Shown here: positions 33,252 through 43,506 of the stretch, one piece after another
Layout: every line of letters starts with the position of its first letter
Numbering within the stretch: position 1 is the first letter of the stretch
From: a virus
Reading direction: 5' to 3' (one strand)
Virus record (IMG/VR): IMGVR_UViG_3300016466_000841
Coordinates: 13,976-77,975 of that record
Length of the DNA stretch: 64,000 nucleotides
Notes under the pieces: model-generated
What the model was told of the DNA's origin: nothing
Seen by the model: only the letters and a program-made list of their open reading frames with translations
Databases searched by the model: none
Position numbers and translations under genes: made by a program

Positions 33252-34661
33252 TTATTTTTGGATGCCAGATAACCATCTTAACATAGCCAGATCTGGATCT
33301 TCGGAAATGGATTCTTGCGCCGCTGTTGATGGTTGCGTTGCAGGAGTAGGTTGCTGTACTGGCATCTGCACAGGTTGAGATTCGGGTTGTTTAACTTCTA
33401 TACCTAATTCTTCTAAGCGAGCGATGACATCTGGATCTTCCCAGATATTGGCTTCAGGGTCTCGGTCAGCCAGGTCACCTAGAATATCAAATAACTGATC
33501 ATCCCCAACGAGATCCCGTAACACAGAAGTGGCCTCTGCATCAACTCCAACTTTGAGTGGCTTGCTCATGAGGTCTTCTAGCTCTCTGAGTTTGTCATCA
33601 CTGTCAGGCAATGCCCATGTTCCTTCGGCGATTCCGTTGGCCCATGATTCGAATTCCTGTCCCATGGCAGTGTGTTGACTGTCAAGATATTGGCTATATG
33701 CCCGGCGCACATAAGGCAATGCTTCCTCTAATCGTTCGTCAAAAATCCTACGTGTAAGGCGATCTTTGATCTCATCTTCACCGATACCGCCAACACTGCT
33801 GTCGCTGCTGAGTCCCGAACCGGTCCAATAGAATCCGTAGCCGCGTGGGCCGCGCATACTCTTGAGACTCTTGCGGACATTCTGATAACGGCGCCGAGCT
33901 GCTTCGATCATCACAGGAGTGACATCATCTTCGAACACTCGGTTGCGTGTGGCAGAAACGAATGTGCGTAGAGCAGCCATTTCTCTCACTAAATCGACGA
34001 TATGTTCGGCACGCTCATCGAACATGGTACCACCCTGGGCGATATGTTGCCCAATGGCGCGAGCACCTGTGAGGTTGGTAAAAGGTAGTTTAAATCTTTC
34101 GCCTTGAGGAGTTTCAACAAAAATACTTTCAATGTTGCGTGTACGACAACCGCGCTTTTCTTCATCAATGGTCGTTGCATGTCTTACGATCAATCTTGTT
34201 TCTCCAACTCGATCGTAACTACTGCGGCGAGTGCCATACATAGAGCTTTCACCAATGGCGATTTCATCAGCTTTGTAACTGGAATCTGATTTGCTCTGTT
34301 GCCGCAGATCATTGATATTGAGAGTTTGCCGAGAAATATCTCTGGTATCAAAGTTCATCATATTTCGTTTTGCGAACAATCGTATACCTTTAAGGAAATC
34401 AAACCATTCATCAAGCTGTGGCTGAGTTAGGTTTTCTGTTATGTTCTTACTGTAGTAAACTTTAACTGAATTTTCATCGATTAGACTCACAGTCACATTG
34501 CCTAGACTTTGTCCGTCTTGGGCCGAATAGTCAAAATTGATAAATCTGGCTTTTTCTGGATCCTGAGTGGCCTTGGCGTTTTCGTCACCGATACTGACTT
34601 TTTCAAATCTTGAACGTATTTTTTCAAACAATGATTCGGCAATTTTATCTAGTTCGCGCAT
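33252..34661 (-). CDS. Hypothetical late protein downstream of terminase
   Basis: ORF track; late promoter upstream. Confidence 0.75.
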   Translation of the reverse strand: MRELDKIAESLFEKIRSRFEKVSIGDENAKATQDPEKARFINFDYSAQDGQSLGNVTVSLIDENSVKVYYSKNITENLTQPQLDEWFDFLKGIRLFAKRNMMNFDTRDISRQTLNINDLRQQSKSDSSYKADEIAIGESSMYGTRRSSYDRVGETRLIVRHATTIDEEKRGCRTRNIESIFVETPQGERFKLPFTNLTGARAIGQHIAQGGTMFDERAEHIVDLVREMAALRTFVSATRNRVFEDDVTPVMIEAARRRYQNVRKSLKSMRGPRGYGFYWTGSGLSSDSSVGGIGEDEIKDRLTRRIFDERLEEALPYVRRAYSQYLDSQHTAMGQEFESWANGIAEGTWALPDSDDKLRELEDLMSKPLKVGVDAEATSVLRDLVGDDQLFDILGDLADRDPEANIWEDPDVIARLEELGIEVKQPESQPVQMPVQQPTPATQPSTAAQESISEDPDLAMLRWLSGIQK

Positions 34662-34671
34662 GATAGTGTAT

Positions 34672-36240
34672 TTATGTGATCATAATAAAAGGCATAGGCT
34701 CGATGTAATCGTCGAGGCTGTCACGCATTTTTTCATCTAGATTGGCATCAAATCCCTGCAATAACTGTACCATCCGTAATGCCAAAATCAAGCTCATAAC
34801 TAGATCATCAGTTTCTCCGGGTTTGGCGGCAAAGCTCATACCATGTGCTACAAAAACTTTGAGTTCAGACACGAGATTTTTGCTGTTCACTGTCAATCGT
34901 TTGCTTTCAATTAATGTTTTGAGTTTAGCACACGCAGTGAGTTTGGGCTTGTGCGTGGTGTTGAATCCTTTGCGGAAACGCCGCACATTGCCGGCACGAA
35001 CTGGTTCGCTGAGGAATGTGCCACGTATATTTTCCTCGCCTACTTCAGCGATGCTGACTAACCCTGCCTCGCCTAGCGTATTATTTTCCAAACTGTAATA
35101 GATGTCGTTTTCGCTGCCAACTATACCATATATGTAATCTGCGATTTCTCTAACTATGGCGATTTGACGTTGTATCACAGTTCTGTTGTGTTTCCACTCG
35201 GCCACCTGTATCATTGAAGGTATTTCTAGTACCTGAATGGCAGCGTTATCTCCGCCGGTGCCCAAACTGGGATCCAAAGCAATCACATATTGTTGTCCGG
35301 GTTCGGGCCTTTTATACCAACGTACTTGCCCTTGTTTTTCTATGGGATCTTGGCCACCAAGGTCCATGAGATGCACGGATGCGATCAGAGTTTCATCATA
35401 GATAACCGGTTCACATTCGTGTTCTCGACGGAATCTTTCTTCACCGATGCTGGCACGCTCTTGATTGGCCCAGGTGTCATCTCGATCGGGGTGTCGGCTC
35501 CATTTGGCTATGTAACCTTTAAACCCATTTTCTCCCAATGGTTGTTCGTTGCCAAAATCATCGAGCGTGCGATTGGCGCCTCGCCACAACAACCAAAACT
35601 GATCTTCGTCGCTGTTGGGGGTGGATGTTATAATGGCCTTACCACCGGTGGCCAAGGTAGGAGATATCGAAGTCCAAAACTCTTTGGCGATAGAGTTGCG
35701 CACAAATGCAAACTCGTCGCAATATAAAAGTGTTATCGACATACCACGTCCTGTTGTTTCTGTGGTAGTAGCTGATACTATGCGACTGCCATTTTCAAAA
35801 TCTATGCTGCCTTTGTTATAACTTACTACGCCTGCACGTATGTGGTTGGGGCACAACTCATAAGCATATCTTATACGTTGCATGATCTCTTGCGCACCTG
35901 TGTATTTGTGTGCAGCGATTAGGATCGTAGAGTCAGGCTTGAACATAGCAAACCAAAGAAGATAGCCGGCTGCTGTTGTTGTCTTGCCCATTTGTCGACC
36001 CAACAAATTAATGCTGAAGCGATAGTTGTGATAGATGTCAATAAGTTCGTGCTGATAGTCGTAGGGATCGTACAGTAACCGACCTTTGGTCGGGTGTTGT
36101 ATGTAAAAATAATTGGCTAGAAAATATTCCGGGCCGGTCACAGGATCAGCACATCGAGCGAACTCAACGATCTGTTCATTGGTATAGATTTCTTTTCGAT
36201 GAGCAGGTTTGACCAGCACACCTTCTAGACTTTTGGCCAT
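34672..36240 (-). CDS. Terminase large subunit (T4 gp17-like)
   Basis: RQMGKTT Walker A, YCDEFAF Walker B, STPN, ALDPS, DDLVM. Confidence 0.95.
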   Translation of the reverse strand: MAKSLEGVLVKPAHRKEIYTNEQIVEFARCADPVTGPEYFLANYFYIQHPTKGRLLYDPYDYQHELIDIYHNYRFSINLLGRQMGKTTTAAGYLLWFAMFKPDSTILIAAHKYTGAQEIMQRIRYAYELCPNHIRAGVVSYNKGSIDFENGSRIVSATTTETTGRGMSITLLYCDEFAFVRNSIAKEFWTSISPTLATGGKAIITSTPNSDEDQFWLLWRGANRTLDDFGNEQPLGENGFKGYIAKWSRHPDRDDTWANQERASIGEERFRREHECEPVIYDETLIASVHLMDLGGQDPIEKQGQVRWYKRPEPGQQYVIALDPSLGTGGDNAAIQVLEIPSMIQVAEWKHNRTVIQRQIAIVREIADYIYGIVGSENDIYYSLENNTLGEAGLVSIAEVGEENIRGTFLSEPVRAGNVRRFRKGFNTTHKPKLTACAKLKTLIESKRLTVNSKNLVSELKVFVAHGMSFAAKPGETDDLVMSLILALRMVQLLQGFDANLDEKMRDSLDDYIEPMPFIMIT

Positions 36241-36255
36241 GCTAGTATTTAAGGA

Positions 36256-36474
36256 TTATTTTTTACCGAAGGGATTTTCGCCTGTGAGCTTGGGCCGAGC
36301 AAACCATAGCCTAAACCATTCATCGGTTCCTGGTTGGATTTTGTGTTTTTTTATGTGCTGGGCTTTTTCTGCGGCTGTATGGGTGATATTAGAAGTTTTA
36401 GTATGATCAACAGTGTCTTTGGGATACACACCTTGACCAACTCCAGCAAGCTGCTTGAGTTCTTCCAATGTCAT
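36256..36474 (-). CDS. Hypothetical late protein (PGTDEWFRLWF motif)
   Basis: ORF track. Confidence 0.7.
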   Translation of the reverse strand: MTLEELKQLAGVGQGVYPKDTVDHTKTSNITHTAAEKAQHIKKHKIQPGTDEWFRLWFARPKLTGENPFGKK

Positions 36475-38414
36475 ACGCGAGACTTTTTATTCTTTTTTGA
36501 TTCAGCTCGGATACCACCGGCCTGCATCCACATAGTTTTTAAAGCACGTTTCATCGCAGGAGCACCAATCGACCCCCCTGCTGCGGCAAACGCTTCAAAA
36601 TCAGACTGTAGTTTTGCTGCAAAATCATTAACGCTTGCCGGTTTAACCGGCTCGGCTGATGTTCCGCTTGCTGTTGTATTATTTTGATCGGTCGCTGCAG
36701 ATTGGGCTCCGCTAGGTTGTTGGACCGATTGTGTATTTTGATCTGGGACGGTGTCTTGACCGGTGAGACCTTTTTTAAGTCCAGTCCAGAACCCTCCCTG
36801 AGTTGCTGTTGGCTGTGCAGTTGACTGCGTAGCGGGAGATGACACTGCCGCGGGCTGACTGGGCTGCACCGGTGCAGTGGCGGCTGCAGGATTAGTTGCA
36901 GCCATGGTTCCTGCTACTGCTGCGGCTGCTGCCTTTCCAGCAGGACTTGCTTGTGGTTGTTTTACTGGAAGGTTGGGTGCAGGTAACTTCATTGATGCGT
37001 ATGACGATTTAATGACTTCGTCATCGACCCCGGCACTTTGGAGGATCTGCGCGATTTTTTCGCTGTCTGTTGGAGATCCTGCTTTTTTCCAGGCGGCACC
37101 TAATTTGCTGTTTGTGACTTTGTTTGTTAAATTTTTGCCGACTTCTGCGGCTTTGGCTCCAACTGCTTGAGCCCCTTGTTTAATAGCACCTCCAACTGCG
37201 GCTGCACCTTTTTTAAGTGCATCCATTGGACCTTCATTGACAGCAAGATCAAACAATGTGTTGATACCGTGTTCATTGAGATGAACACCACCGCGTGTTC
37301 TTCCCAGCGATTCATTTAGTACCCAAGCACGGACAGTTGTGTCACGGTCAATGTATTCGTTAATGGCTTTGCCTGTGCGGATCACGCTCTGTGTCTGAGG
37401 TGTAGGTTGTTGAGCAGGTTGGCTACCTGTGGCAGCAGCAACGGCACCTTGACTGGCTGCTTGTAGGCCTTGTTTGGCACCTTGTATAACGTTATAAAGG
37501 CTGTCGTTGTCTTTGGCCAATGCGCCAAGATCCACCAACATTTGCTTGTAATCATTTGTGTTTATTTCCGCAGATAATTTTGCCAACTTATCAAATGCCT
37601 GCACAGCCTGATCGCCACCTTTGCTGATAGTATCCATCAGGAAGTTGATAGTACGAGCGTCATCGGGCAATACCTGCACATCGATACCTCGGATGTTCTT
37701 GGTCCATTCCCATCCAGGACCACTCATGGTCTTAGTCGCGTCAAAACTAACATCTGCGAATTTATCTCTCATGATCACTTCTGCACGTAGGCCGCCAAGC
37801 CAATTGCCCAGCATTTCAAACGCTTTACCTGCAATGAAACCGAAGGCCGCAGTCTTCATACCCTTACCAACAGCCGTTGATAATTTTTCGCCTTTGATCA
37901 ATTCTGCCGCGCCGCGCAAGATCTGACCAGCGATGGCGCCGCCTGCGGGGCCGCCTGCGAGAGAAGCAATAGCAGTCAACACACCAATGATGGCTGCTGA
38001 CTTACCTGGATTTTCTTTCATCCAGGTTCCCATGGCTGTGAGATTTTGATCTAAATCGGGAAACTTCTGACCAATTGCGGTTTTGAGTTGTTCAAACTTC
38101 TGATCAGCAGCTTGTACCGGAGTGGTGTCCTGCAACCATTTGCCGACATTGTTGATGACTTGGTTTACTTGTCCCGGAATGTCAACTGCTTTACCAACCA
38201 ATGTCCTATTGTTACCGGCGGCCACAGCACCTTTTTCAACTGCGGCAAATAATTGGTTGATTTGATCGGCAGTCAGCTCTGCTTCTGACAGAGCGACCAA
38301 GGGCGATAATGTTTTATATATGCCCTCGACGATGTATCGCTGAGGGGCAGTTAGCCCCTGACAAGATTCCGCTAGAATAGATTTACCATTCAGCGATACT
38401 TCTAACACTTTCAT
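36471..38414 (-). CDS. Hypothetical Ala/Gln-rich virion-associated protein
   Basis: ORF track; low-complexity linkers; late region. Confidence 0.7.
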   Translation of the reverse strand: MKVLEVSLNGKSILAESCQGLTAPQRYIVEGIYKTLSPLVALSEAELTADQINQLFAAVEKGAVAAGNNRTLVGKAVDIPGQVNQVINNVGKWLQDTTPVQAADQKFEQLKTAIGQKFPDLDQNLTAMGTWMKENPGKSAAIIGVLTAIASLAGGPAGGAIAGQILRGAAELIKGEKLSTAVGKGMKTAAFGFIAGKAFEMLGNWLGGLRAEVIMRDKFADVSFDATKTMSGPGWEWTKNIRGIDVQVLPDDARTINFLMDTISKGGDQAVQAFDKLAKLSAEINTNDYKQMLVDLGALAKDNDSLYNVIQGAKQGLQAASQGAVAAATGSQPAQQPTPQTQSVIRTGKAINEYIDRDTTVRAWVLNESLGRTRGGVHLNEHGINTLFDLAVNEGPMDALKKGAAAVGGAIKQGAQAVGAKAAEVGKNLTNKVTNSKLGAAWKKAGSPTDSEKIAQILQSAGVDDEVIKSSYASMKLPAPNLPVKQPQASPAGKAAAAAVAGTMAATNPAAATAPVQPSQPAAVSSPATQSTAQPTATQGGFWTGLKKGLTGQDTVPDQNTQSVQQPSGAQSAATDQNNTTASGTSAEPVKPASVNDFAAKLQSDFEAFAAAGGSIGAPAMKRALKTMWMQAGGIRAESKKNKKSRV

Positions 38415-40414
38415 TTCGAGACCTTGATGCTTTCGTATTCTTTCATGAGGCGACGACCCAAGTTTGCAATAGGGTCGTTGTCTTCAAACTGAGTTGTACG
38501 CATGGCATTGTCACCGTGCCAGTTTGGGTTAGCACCTTTGCTCTTGTGTAGATCGTTGCCCGACGGAACAGCGGCATCAATTCCTGCGGTTTCCTCGTTG
38601 GGAGTATTAGCGTATTCGGGATCGCGCTCTTCTTCAACTTCCTCTTCGGCCATTGGGCGACCAGCAACAATGACCCCAGCTGAGCCATTTTTTTCGGCAG
38701 AAACCTCGCCCATGAGTCCGCTGAGCTTGAGTATCTGGGCCAACGCCACAGCAGAATCGCCTTGAGCCGTCACTGTGATCGACTTGTTGTCGTCGGCTGA
38801 ATTATAGTTTGTAGACACATTGATCTCGGGTTTTTCAGCCGATCCGGTCTGTGTCATTGGGCTCATGGTGCCGCAGCTTTCCTTGAGACCGGCCAAGCGT
38901 GATAGTTCGTTCAAATCCATGTCTGTTTCCTGTGCAATAATTTCTTGTGTTTCATCAAGTCCCAGTTCAGCGACTAGACGTTCTGTGATCCACTCAAAAG
39001 GATCGCCGGTGCGTGCTTTAGCAACACCATAGGGCATCTCACCCGAGCTCATGTAGTAATCAAACAAAGCATCATAGAGATTGTCTTCAAGCTCTTCTCC
39101 TTGTTCAAAGGCCTTGACTTCGGCAGGAAAACGATCCAGGATGTGTTTTAATGTGTTGCCGTCTTCGTCGATGAGTCTTGCTTCACTCATGTTTAGCAAT
39201 TTGCTTTTGCCAGTGAACTTGGCGCCGGTGGCTCTCTTGCTGCCTTTGGGACGACCACGTCCGCGCTTCTCGCCAGGAGCAGCAGGTTTTGCTTTACGAC
39301 CAGGTTTGAGATTGCCCCATTCATCGTAGGCATCATCATCTTCCTCTTCACGGTCGCCACGATAACCGTATTTCTTGTGTATATTGCGATCGCTTTCGGG
39401 ATCATGCGGCATTGTGGCACCACCCTTGGCGATGGCTTTTAGTAAATTGGTATCCAGTGCTTCTTTGACTTTGTAGGTTTTGCCGTCTACTTCGAATTCT
39501 TCGGCGCCTGCGGCTTTGGCTTTGGCCAACGCACCCGAAAACTCATTGCCTTCGCCAACGTCATCTTCTGCTACACCTTGCTTGATAGCATATCGCAGTT
39601 CGTCCATGGCTTCTTCACGACTGTCATAACCACCGAGATCTAGTCCCGAAGCATAATGTTTCATGTAATACATGCCTGCACCGGGGCTTGATTCACGATC
39701 GATACCTATTTCGCCCACGGGTTTACCGTTTTTCTTGACGATCTTGCGCTGCTGGTCAGCGTGACCTTCCGCCACATCTTGCTGGCGTTGATCTAGATAC
39801 CGCTGGCGTTCGGCTGCGATCTTCTTGGCAATGGCCTGTTGTTCTGCAGGCGTGACTCTAAAATGTTCTACTGCTCCGTCTCTCTGCACTTTTGCCAAGA
39901 TTTCTTCGAAGCTGGGACTATCGGGATTGGGATTGTCCTCATCACTTGAGAAATTGAAAACTAAAGGATTACCGTCAACGGCAAACACATAACGCTCTTC
40001 TCCGATGTCGTGATCCGTACCTCGGAATTTTACTCTTTGAACTTCGTTCTGTTCCTCATTGATCTCTTCACATTGGCAAGGCTCGCTGTCGCACTTGGGA
40101 CAAACTTCGCCTTCGGACATGGTTTTGGCAGCAAGCTTGGCCTTGTCAACTGCCCGACGCTCAAGGCGATCCAGTGTTTCGTGATCTGTGGCCAACCACT
40201 TGCGCTCACGCTGGCGATCTGGATCATTGATGCCGCGAGACTCCTTGTCACTCTCAGCACTTTCCTTGAATTCTTGGAATTTGGCCTCCAATCGAGCAGC
40301 GATGCCTTCCTTGATGCTGCCTTTGGCCTGCACTGGCTCGCGGGTTTCTTGTACTTCTTCTTGCTTGGACTCTAAGCTGTTAAGAGTAGAGAGGATGGAA
40401 TAGATCGTTGTCAC
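38411..40414 (-). CDS. Hypothetical acidic protein, possible internal head/scaffold
   Basis: Glu-rich and modular with recurring VAE motifs; late region. Confidence 0.65.
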   Translation of the reverse strand: MTTIYSILSTLNSLESKQEEVQETREPVQAKGSIKEGIAARLEAKFQEFKESAESDKESRGINDPDRQRERKWLATDHETLDRLERRAVDKAKLAAKTMSEGEVCPKCDSEPCQCEEINEEQNEVQRVKFRGTDHDIGEERYVFAVDGNPLVFNFSSDEDNPNPDSPSFEEILAKVQRDGAVEHFRVTPAEQQAIAKKIAAERQRYLDQRQQDVAEGHADQQRKIVKKNGKPVGEIGIDRESSPGAGMYYMKHYASGLDLGGYDSREEAMDELRYAIKQGVAEDDVGEGNEFSGALAKAKAAGAEEFEVDGKTYKVKEALDTNLLKAIAKGGATMPHDPESDRNIHKKYGYRGDREEEDDDAYDEWGNLKPGRKAKPAAPGEKRGRGRPKGSKRATGAKFTGKSKLLNMSEARLIDEDGNTLKHILDRFPAEVKAFEQGEELEDNLYDALFDYYMSSGEMPYGVAKARTGDPFEWITERLVAELGLDETQEIIAQETDMDLNELSRLAGLKESCGTMSPMTQTGSAEKPEINVSTNYNSADDNKSITVTAQGDSAVALAQILKLSGLMGEVSAEKNGSAGVIVAGRPMAEEEVEEERDPEYANTPNEETAGIDAAVPSGNDLHKSKGANPNWHGDNAMRTTQFEDNDPIANLGRRLMKEYESIKVSK

Positions 40415-40425
40415 TTTATTTGTCC

Positions 40426-41007
40426 TTATCTTGCGGCGCTCTTGGGCTCGGGTTTAGAGATTTTAGTTGATCCCACTGGGCTTTTTGTGCCCTGGGGAAG
40501 TTCGTTGGTTGTTTTACCGTCGGCTTTTTCGGTGCCGGCAACTTCGTGCTTGGTCGTTTCAAGTTCTTTGAGGAACGATGTCAAGCGTTTCTCGCCTACT
40601 AGATCTTGTCCCGACTCTGCGGTGAGTTCGGTTTGTTCAAGAACCGATCCTTTGGATTCTTCAGCGATGTTGAGTTCTTCTTGCTCCATCTGAGCTTGTG
40701 TGTACACACAGACCTTGTCACCGGGTATCTGAGCACGCTGTATGATCAGCTGACGTATTTGCTCAGTGATGGTGGGATAACGAACTGCTACATCGAATTG
40801 ATAACACTCGCAAGGCCCAGCTTTAGGGAAGTCACGATGTTCTTGTATAGGTAGCCGCTTGACTTTTCCCACGGTCTCAACTTCATAGGCATTCAGGGCG
40901 TTTTTGATAGACTCCATGATTTCGCCTTTGGGATCAATACCGGCCAATTTGACTCGGAATTCAAAGAGCTTACCTGCTTCGTAAAAATATGTTTGGAATT
41001 TTTTCAT
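40426..41007 (-). CDS. Hypothetical late protein
   Basis: ORF track; late promoter upstream. Confidence 0.7.
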   Translation of the reverse strand: MKKFQTYFYEAGKLFEFRVKLAGIDPKGEIMESIKNALNAYEVETVGKVKRLPIQEHRDFPKAGPCECYQFDVAVRYPTITEQIRQLIIQRAQIPGDKVCVYTQAQMEQEELNIAEESKGSVLEQTELTAESGQDLVGEKRLTSFLKELETTKHEVAGTEKADGKTTNELPQGTKSPVGSTKISKPEPKSAAR

Positions 41008-41028
41008 ATCCGTTCCTGTTCAGTGTAT

Positions 41029-41538
41029 TTATGCTGGTTTGTCTTTTTGATCCCGCGCAGATTCCAACACCTGCCGGAGTATTTCATTGCGATCCAACAC
41101 TATTCCGTGTCCTTGTATAGGTTCATCTTCGGGACGATCTTTATTAATGGTATGATCTAATCGGGCTTTACTGAGTTGCAGTTGTATCATCTTCAGCTTC
41201 TTGTCCATCTTGGCTGTTTTAGCTGTTATAGCATGTCCCAACAAGGTAGAGGCGGTCTGCAGGATCACTCCCGAATATCTGGGTTCCACATTCATTCCCA
41301 AATCCATGAGATCCTTGAATTTTTCTTCGGCTAAATCGGCAAGGTCGTCCATTTCTTTGTCGGCAGCCTCAAGTTCACGTACCATAGGCAGAGCCGCGTC
41401 AATCTTGTCAATGGCATCATCGACCTGCCGTATGATTTCTTGCTTTTCTTGTACCAACAACGACTCATTCCCGGACGACTCCTGTGCGACGTCTTCGATG
41501 GGCGCGAGATTTAATAATTCTTCTAATTTTTTAGTCAT
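41029..41538 (-). CDS. Hypothetical helical protein, possible terminase small subunit
   Basis: Start moved to MTKKLEE; function inferred only from size, helicity and position. Confidence 0.5.
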   Translation of the reverse strand: MTKKLEELLNLAPIEDVAQESSGNESLLVQEKQEIIRQVDDAIDKIDAALPMVRELEAADKEMDDLADLAEEKFKDLMDLGMNVEPRYSGVILQTASTLLGHAITAKTAKMDKKLKMIQLQLSKARLDHTINKDRPEDEPIQGHGIVLDRNEILRQVLESARDQKDKPA

Positions 41539-41575
41539 ATCGTATTTACTCCGCCAAAACACGCGACAATAAAAG

Positions 41576-41604
41576 AAAAAGCTCCTATTAATAGGAGCTT
41601 TTTT
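41576..41604. terminator. Bidirectional intrinsic terminator
   Basis: aaaaa-gctcctat-ta-ataggagc-tttttt. Confidence 0.85.
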
Positions 41605-41628
41605 CGATCTAGTATGATCTATCTGATA

Positions 41629-42576
41629 TTAGCTGTTACGGATAGCAGATACCAGGCCAGCTGTGAAGTAGTCTTCGTATTTGACGTAGACTTCTTTGGT
41701 GGCTTCTTGGAACTTGGCTTTCTCTTCAGCTGTCAGTGTGACAACCTCGATACCGTCCTTGGCAGCACGCTGTTGTGTGGCAGCTACGTCAGCGATGGAA
41801 ATCTCACGCTCGTGGCGGGCAGCAACAATAGCGGCATCAGCAACGACCTTCTGCAGGTCTTCGCTGAGGCTGTTCCAGAACTGCTCACCAACCAGGATCG
41901 ATGTCAGGAACAAGCTGTGCTCGGTGTGGTTGATGACCTTAGAAACAGCGTTCTGTCCCAAGGCATAAACACGGGGGTATGTGCTTTCGCCGATTGCGAC
42001 ATCGGCTTGAGCAAGACCTTCTGTGAGTTCTTCTAGTTCCATGGGAACTACGTCAGCACCGACAGCTTTGAATGTGTCAATGGCAACAGGGGAGAAGCTT
42101 GTGCGGACTTTCATGCCACGCAGATCTTCAATCTTAGACACTGTTTCGTTACCGGGGATGATACGGAAACCACCCGAGTATGTGAAGGCCAGGCCTTTGA
42201 TCTTCTTTTCTGCGCTGAGACTGTTCAGCAAGTTCTTGCCAACTTCACCTTCGAACACGCGGCTGGCGTGATCGTGGCTTTGGAACAGAAAGGGCAAGTC
42301 CAAGGCATAGAAGTCTTTGTTGACTTTGCCCAGTGTGATTGTGTATGTCTGGCTCATTTCGATAGCGCCGCTGTCCAGCAGGTCGACTAGGTCGTGCTTG
42401 CTAACAGCTTTACCACCGTTGTACTTGTCAGCGTACTCAGACAGTGTTAATACTTCGATGTCCAGTGCACCTGCGGCTTTTGCTTCGACTTCAGCGGCAA
42501 AAACTTTAGCGGCACGGATAAAGAGTTCGATAGGCTCGTGCGCAAGAACCCAACGAATTTTCTTAGCTTGTGACAT
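41629..42576 (-). CDS. TRAP transporter DctP-like substrate-binding protein, no signal peptide
   Basis: LDLPFLF, GFR, DLRGMKVR, GADVVPM, TEH motifs. Confidence 0.85.
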   Translation of the reverse strand: MSQAKKIRWVLAHEPIELFIRAAKVFAAEVEAKAAGALDIEVLTLSEYADKYNGGKAVSKHDLVDLLDSGAIEMSQTYTITLGKVNKDFYALDLPFLFQSHDHASRVFEGEVGKNLLNSLSAEKKIKGLAFTYSGGFRIIPGNETVSKIEDLRGMKVRTSFSPVAIDTFKAVGADVVPMELEELTEGLAQADVAIGESTYPRVYALGQNAVSKVINHTEHSLFLTSILVGEQFWNSLSEDLQKVVADAAIVAARHEREISIADVAATQQRAAKDGIEVVTLTAEEKAKFQEATKEVYVKYEDYFTAGLVSAIRNS

Positions 42577-42697
42577 TTAGGAGTCTCCTTAAACTTGAGT
42601 TGTATATACTATATTTATCCGGATTGAGAAGGATTTGGGTAAGATGGCGTGAAACACAAAGGTTTTATCGCGGGATTCTTATCCCGAACTTCACCTA

Positions 42698-43132
42698 TTA
42701 TTTACCTTTTCCTTGGTGGAAAATCTGATCTTCGGTCACTATGCGGAAATTTAATCCCTGCCCTTTGCACCAGGCTCGTGCCGCTTCCCATTTAGCCATA
42801 TTCAGCACCACGAATGCTTGATCACGGGTGCTTTTTGCCGATTCCATAGTGGTTTCCTTCTTGGGCTTGACTTCAATCACATCGCCTTGCTGGTTGCCAT
42901 TTTTGTCCACATAGATAATCAAGAAGTCGGGCACATAGATGGTGTTTTTACCAGTGAGAGGATTGCGATAGTTGATATGCACTGCTTCGCTGGCCCATTT
43001 AAGTATGTTGGGATTATTGTCGCAGAACTGCATGAATACAAATTCCCAGGCACTGCGATATGTGGGAGATTTCTTACCTATATACTTGTCGGGATTTTTG
43101 ATTTGAAACTTGCCTTGCGCATACTTGCTCAT
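42698..43132 (-). CDS. Head completion nuclease (T4 gp4-like)
   Basis: NPDKYIG, YRSAWE, WASE, YVPDF, IEVKP, AKWEAA. Confidence 0.9.
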   Translation of the reverse strand: MSKYAQGKFQIKNPDKYIGKKSPTYRSAWEFVFMQFCDNNPNILKWASEAVHINYRNPLTGKNTIYVPDFLIIYVDKNGNQQGDVIEVKPKKETTMESAKSTRDQAFVVLNMAKWEAARAWCKGQGLNFRIVTEDQIFHQGKGK

Positions 43133-43500
43133 GGTAAAATAGTTCTTTGTACATATTTGTTTCGCACAGGCTGATTGTTGATCCCCAAATAACTTGTTCC
43201 AACTCTATTGAGATTTAAAAACATGCAAAGATAAGCATTTAGCTTGTTTTTTTCCATGTTTGCAAATTCATTCAATATTTCCATTGGATCTGTGCCCTGA
43301 GCTTGACTGGTATAAACCACCGCACTGGCCAATGCGACCGCGCTTTCTCTGTTGTCAGCTATACGTTCAAAAAAGGCTATCAATGCGTCATTGACATTAC
43401 CAGCAACATCAAGAGTTGATGTAAAGTAATTGTTGAAATAATCAGACAGCGGAGTGTCTTTTCTTTCAAAATTAGTGACTGTTGTTCGTAATCTAGCCAT
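43129..43500 (-). CDS. Hypothetical structural-region protein
   Basis: ORF track. Confidence 0.7.
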   Translation of the reverse strand: MARLRTTVTNFERKDTPLSDYFNNYFTSTLDVAGNVNDALIAFFERIADNRESAVALASAVVYTSQAQGTDPMEILNEFANMEKNKLNAYLCMFLNLNRVGTSYLGINNQPVRNKYVQRTILP

Positions 43501-43506
43501 GATCGA

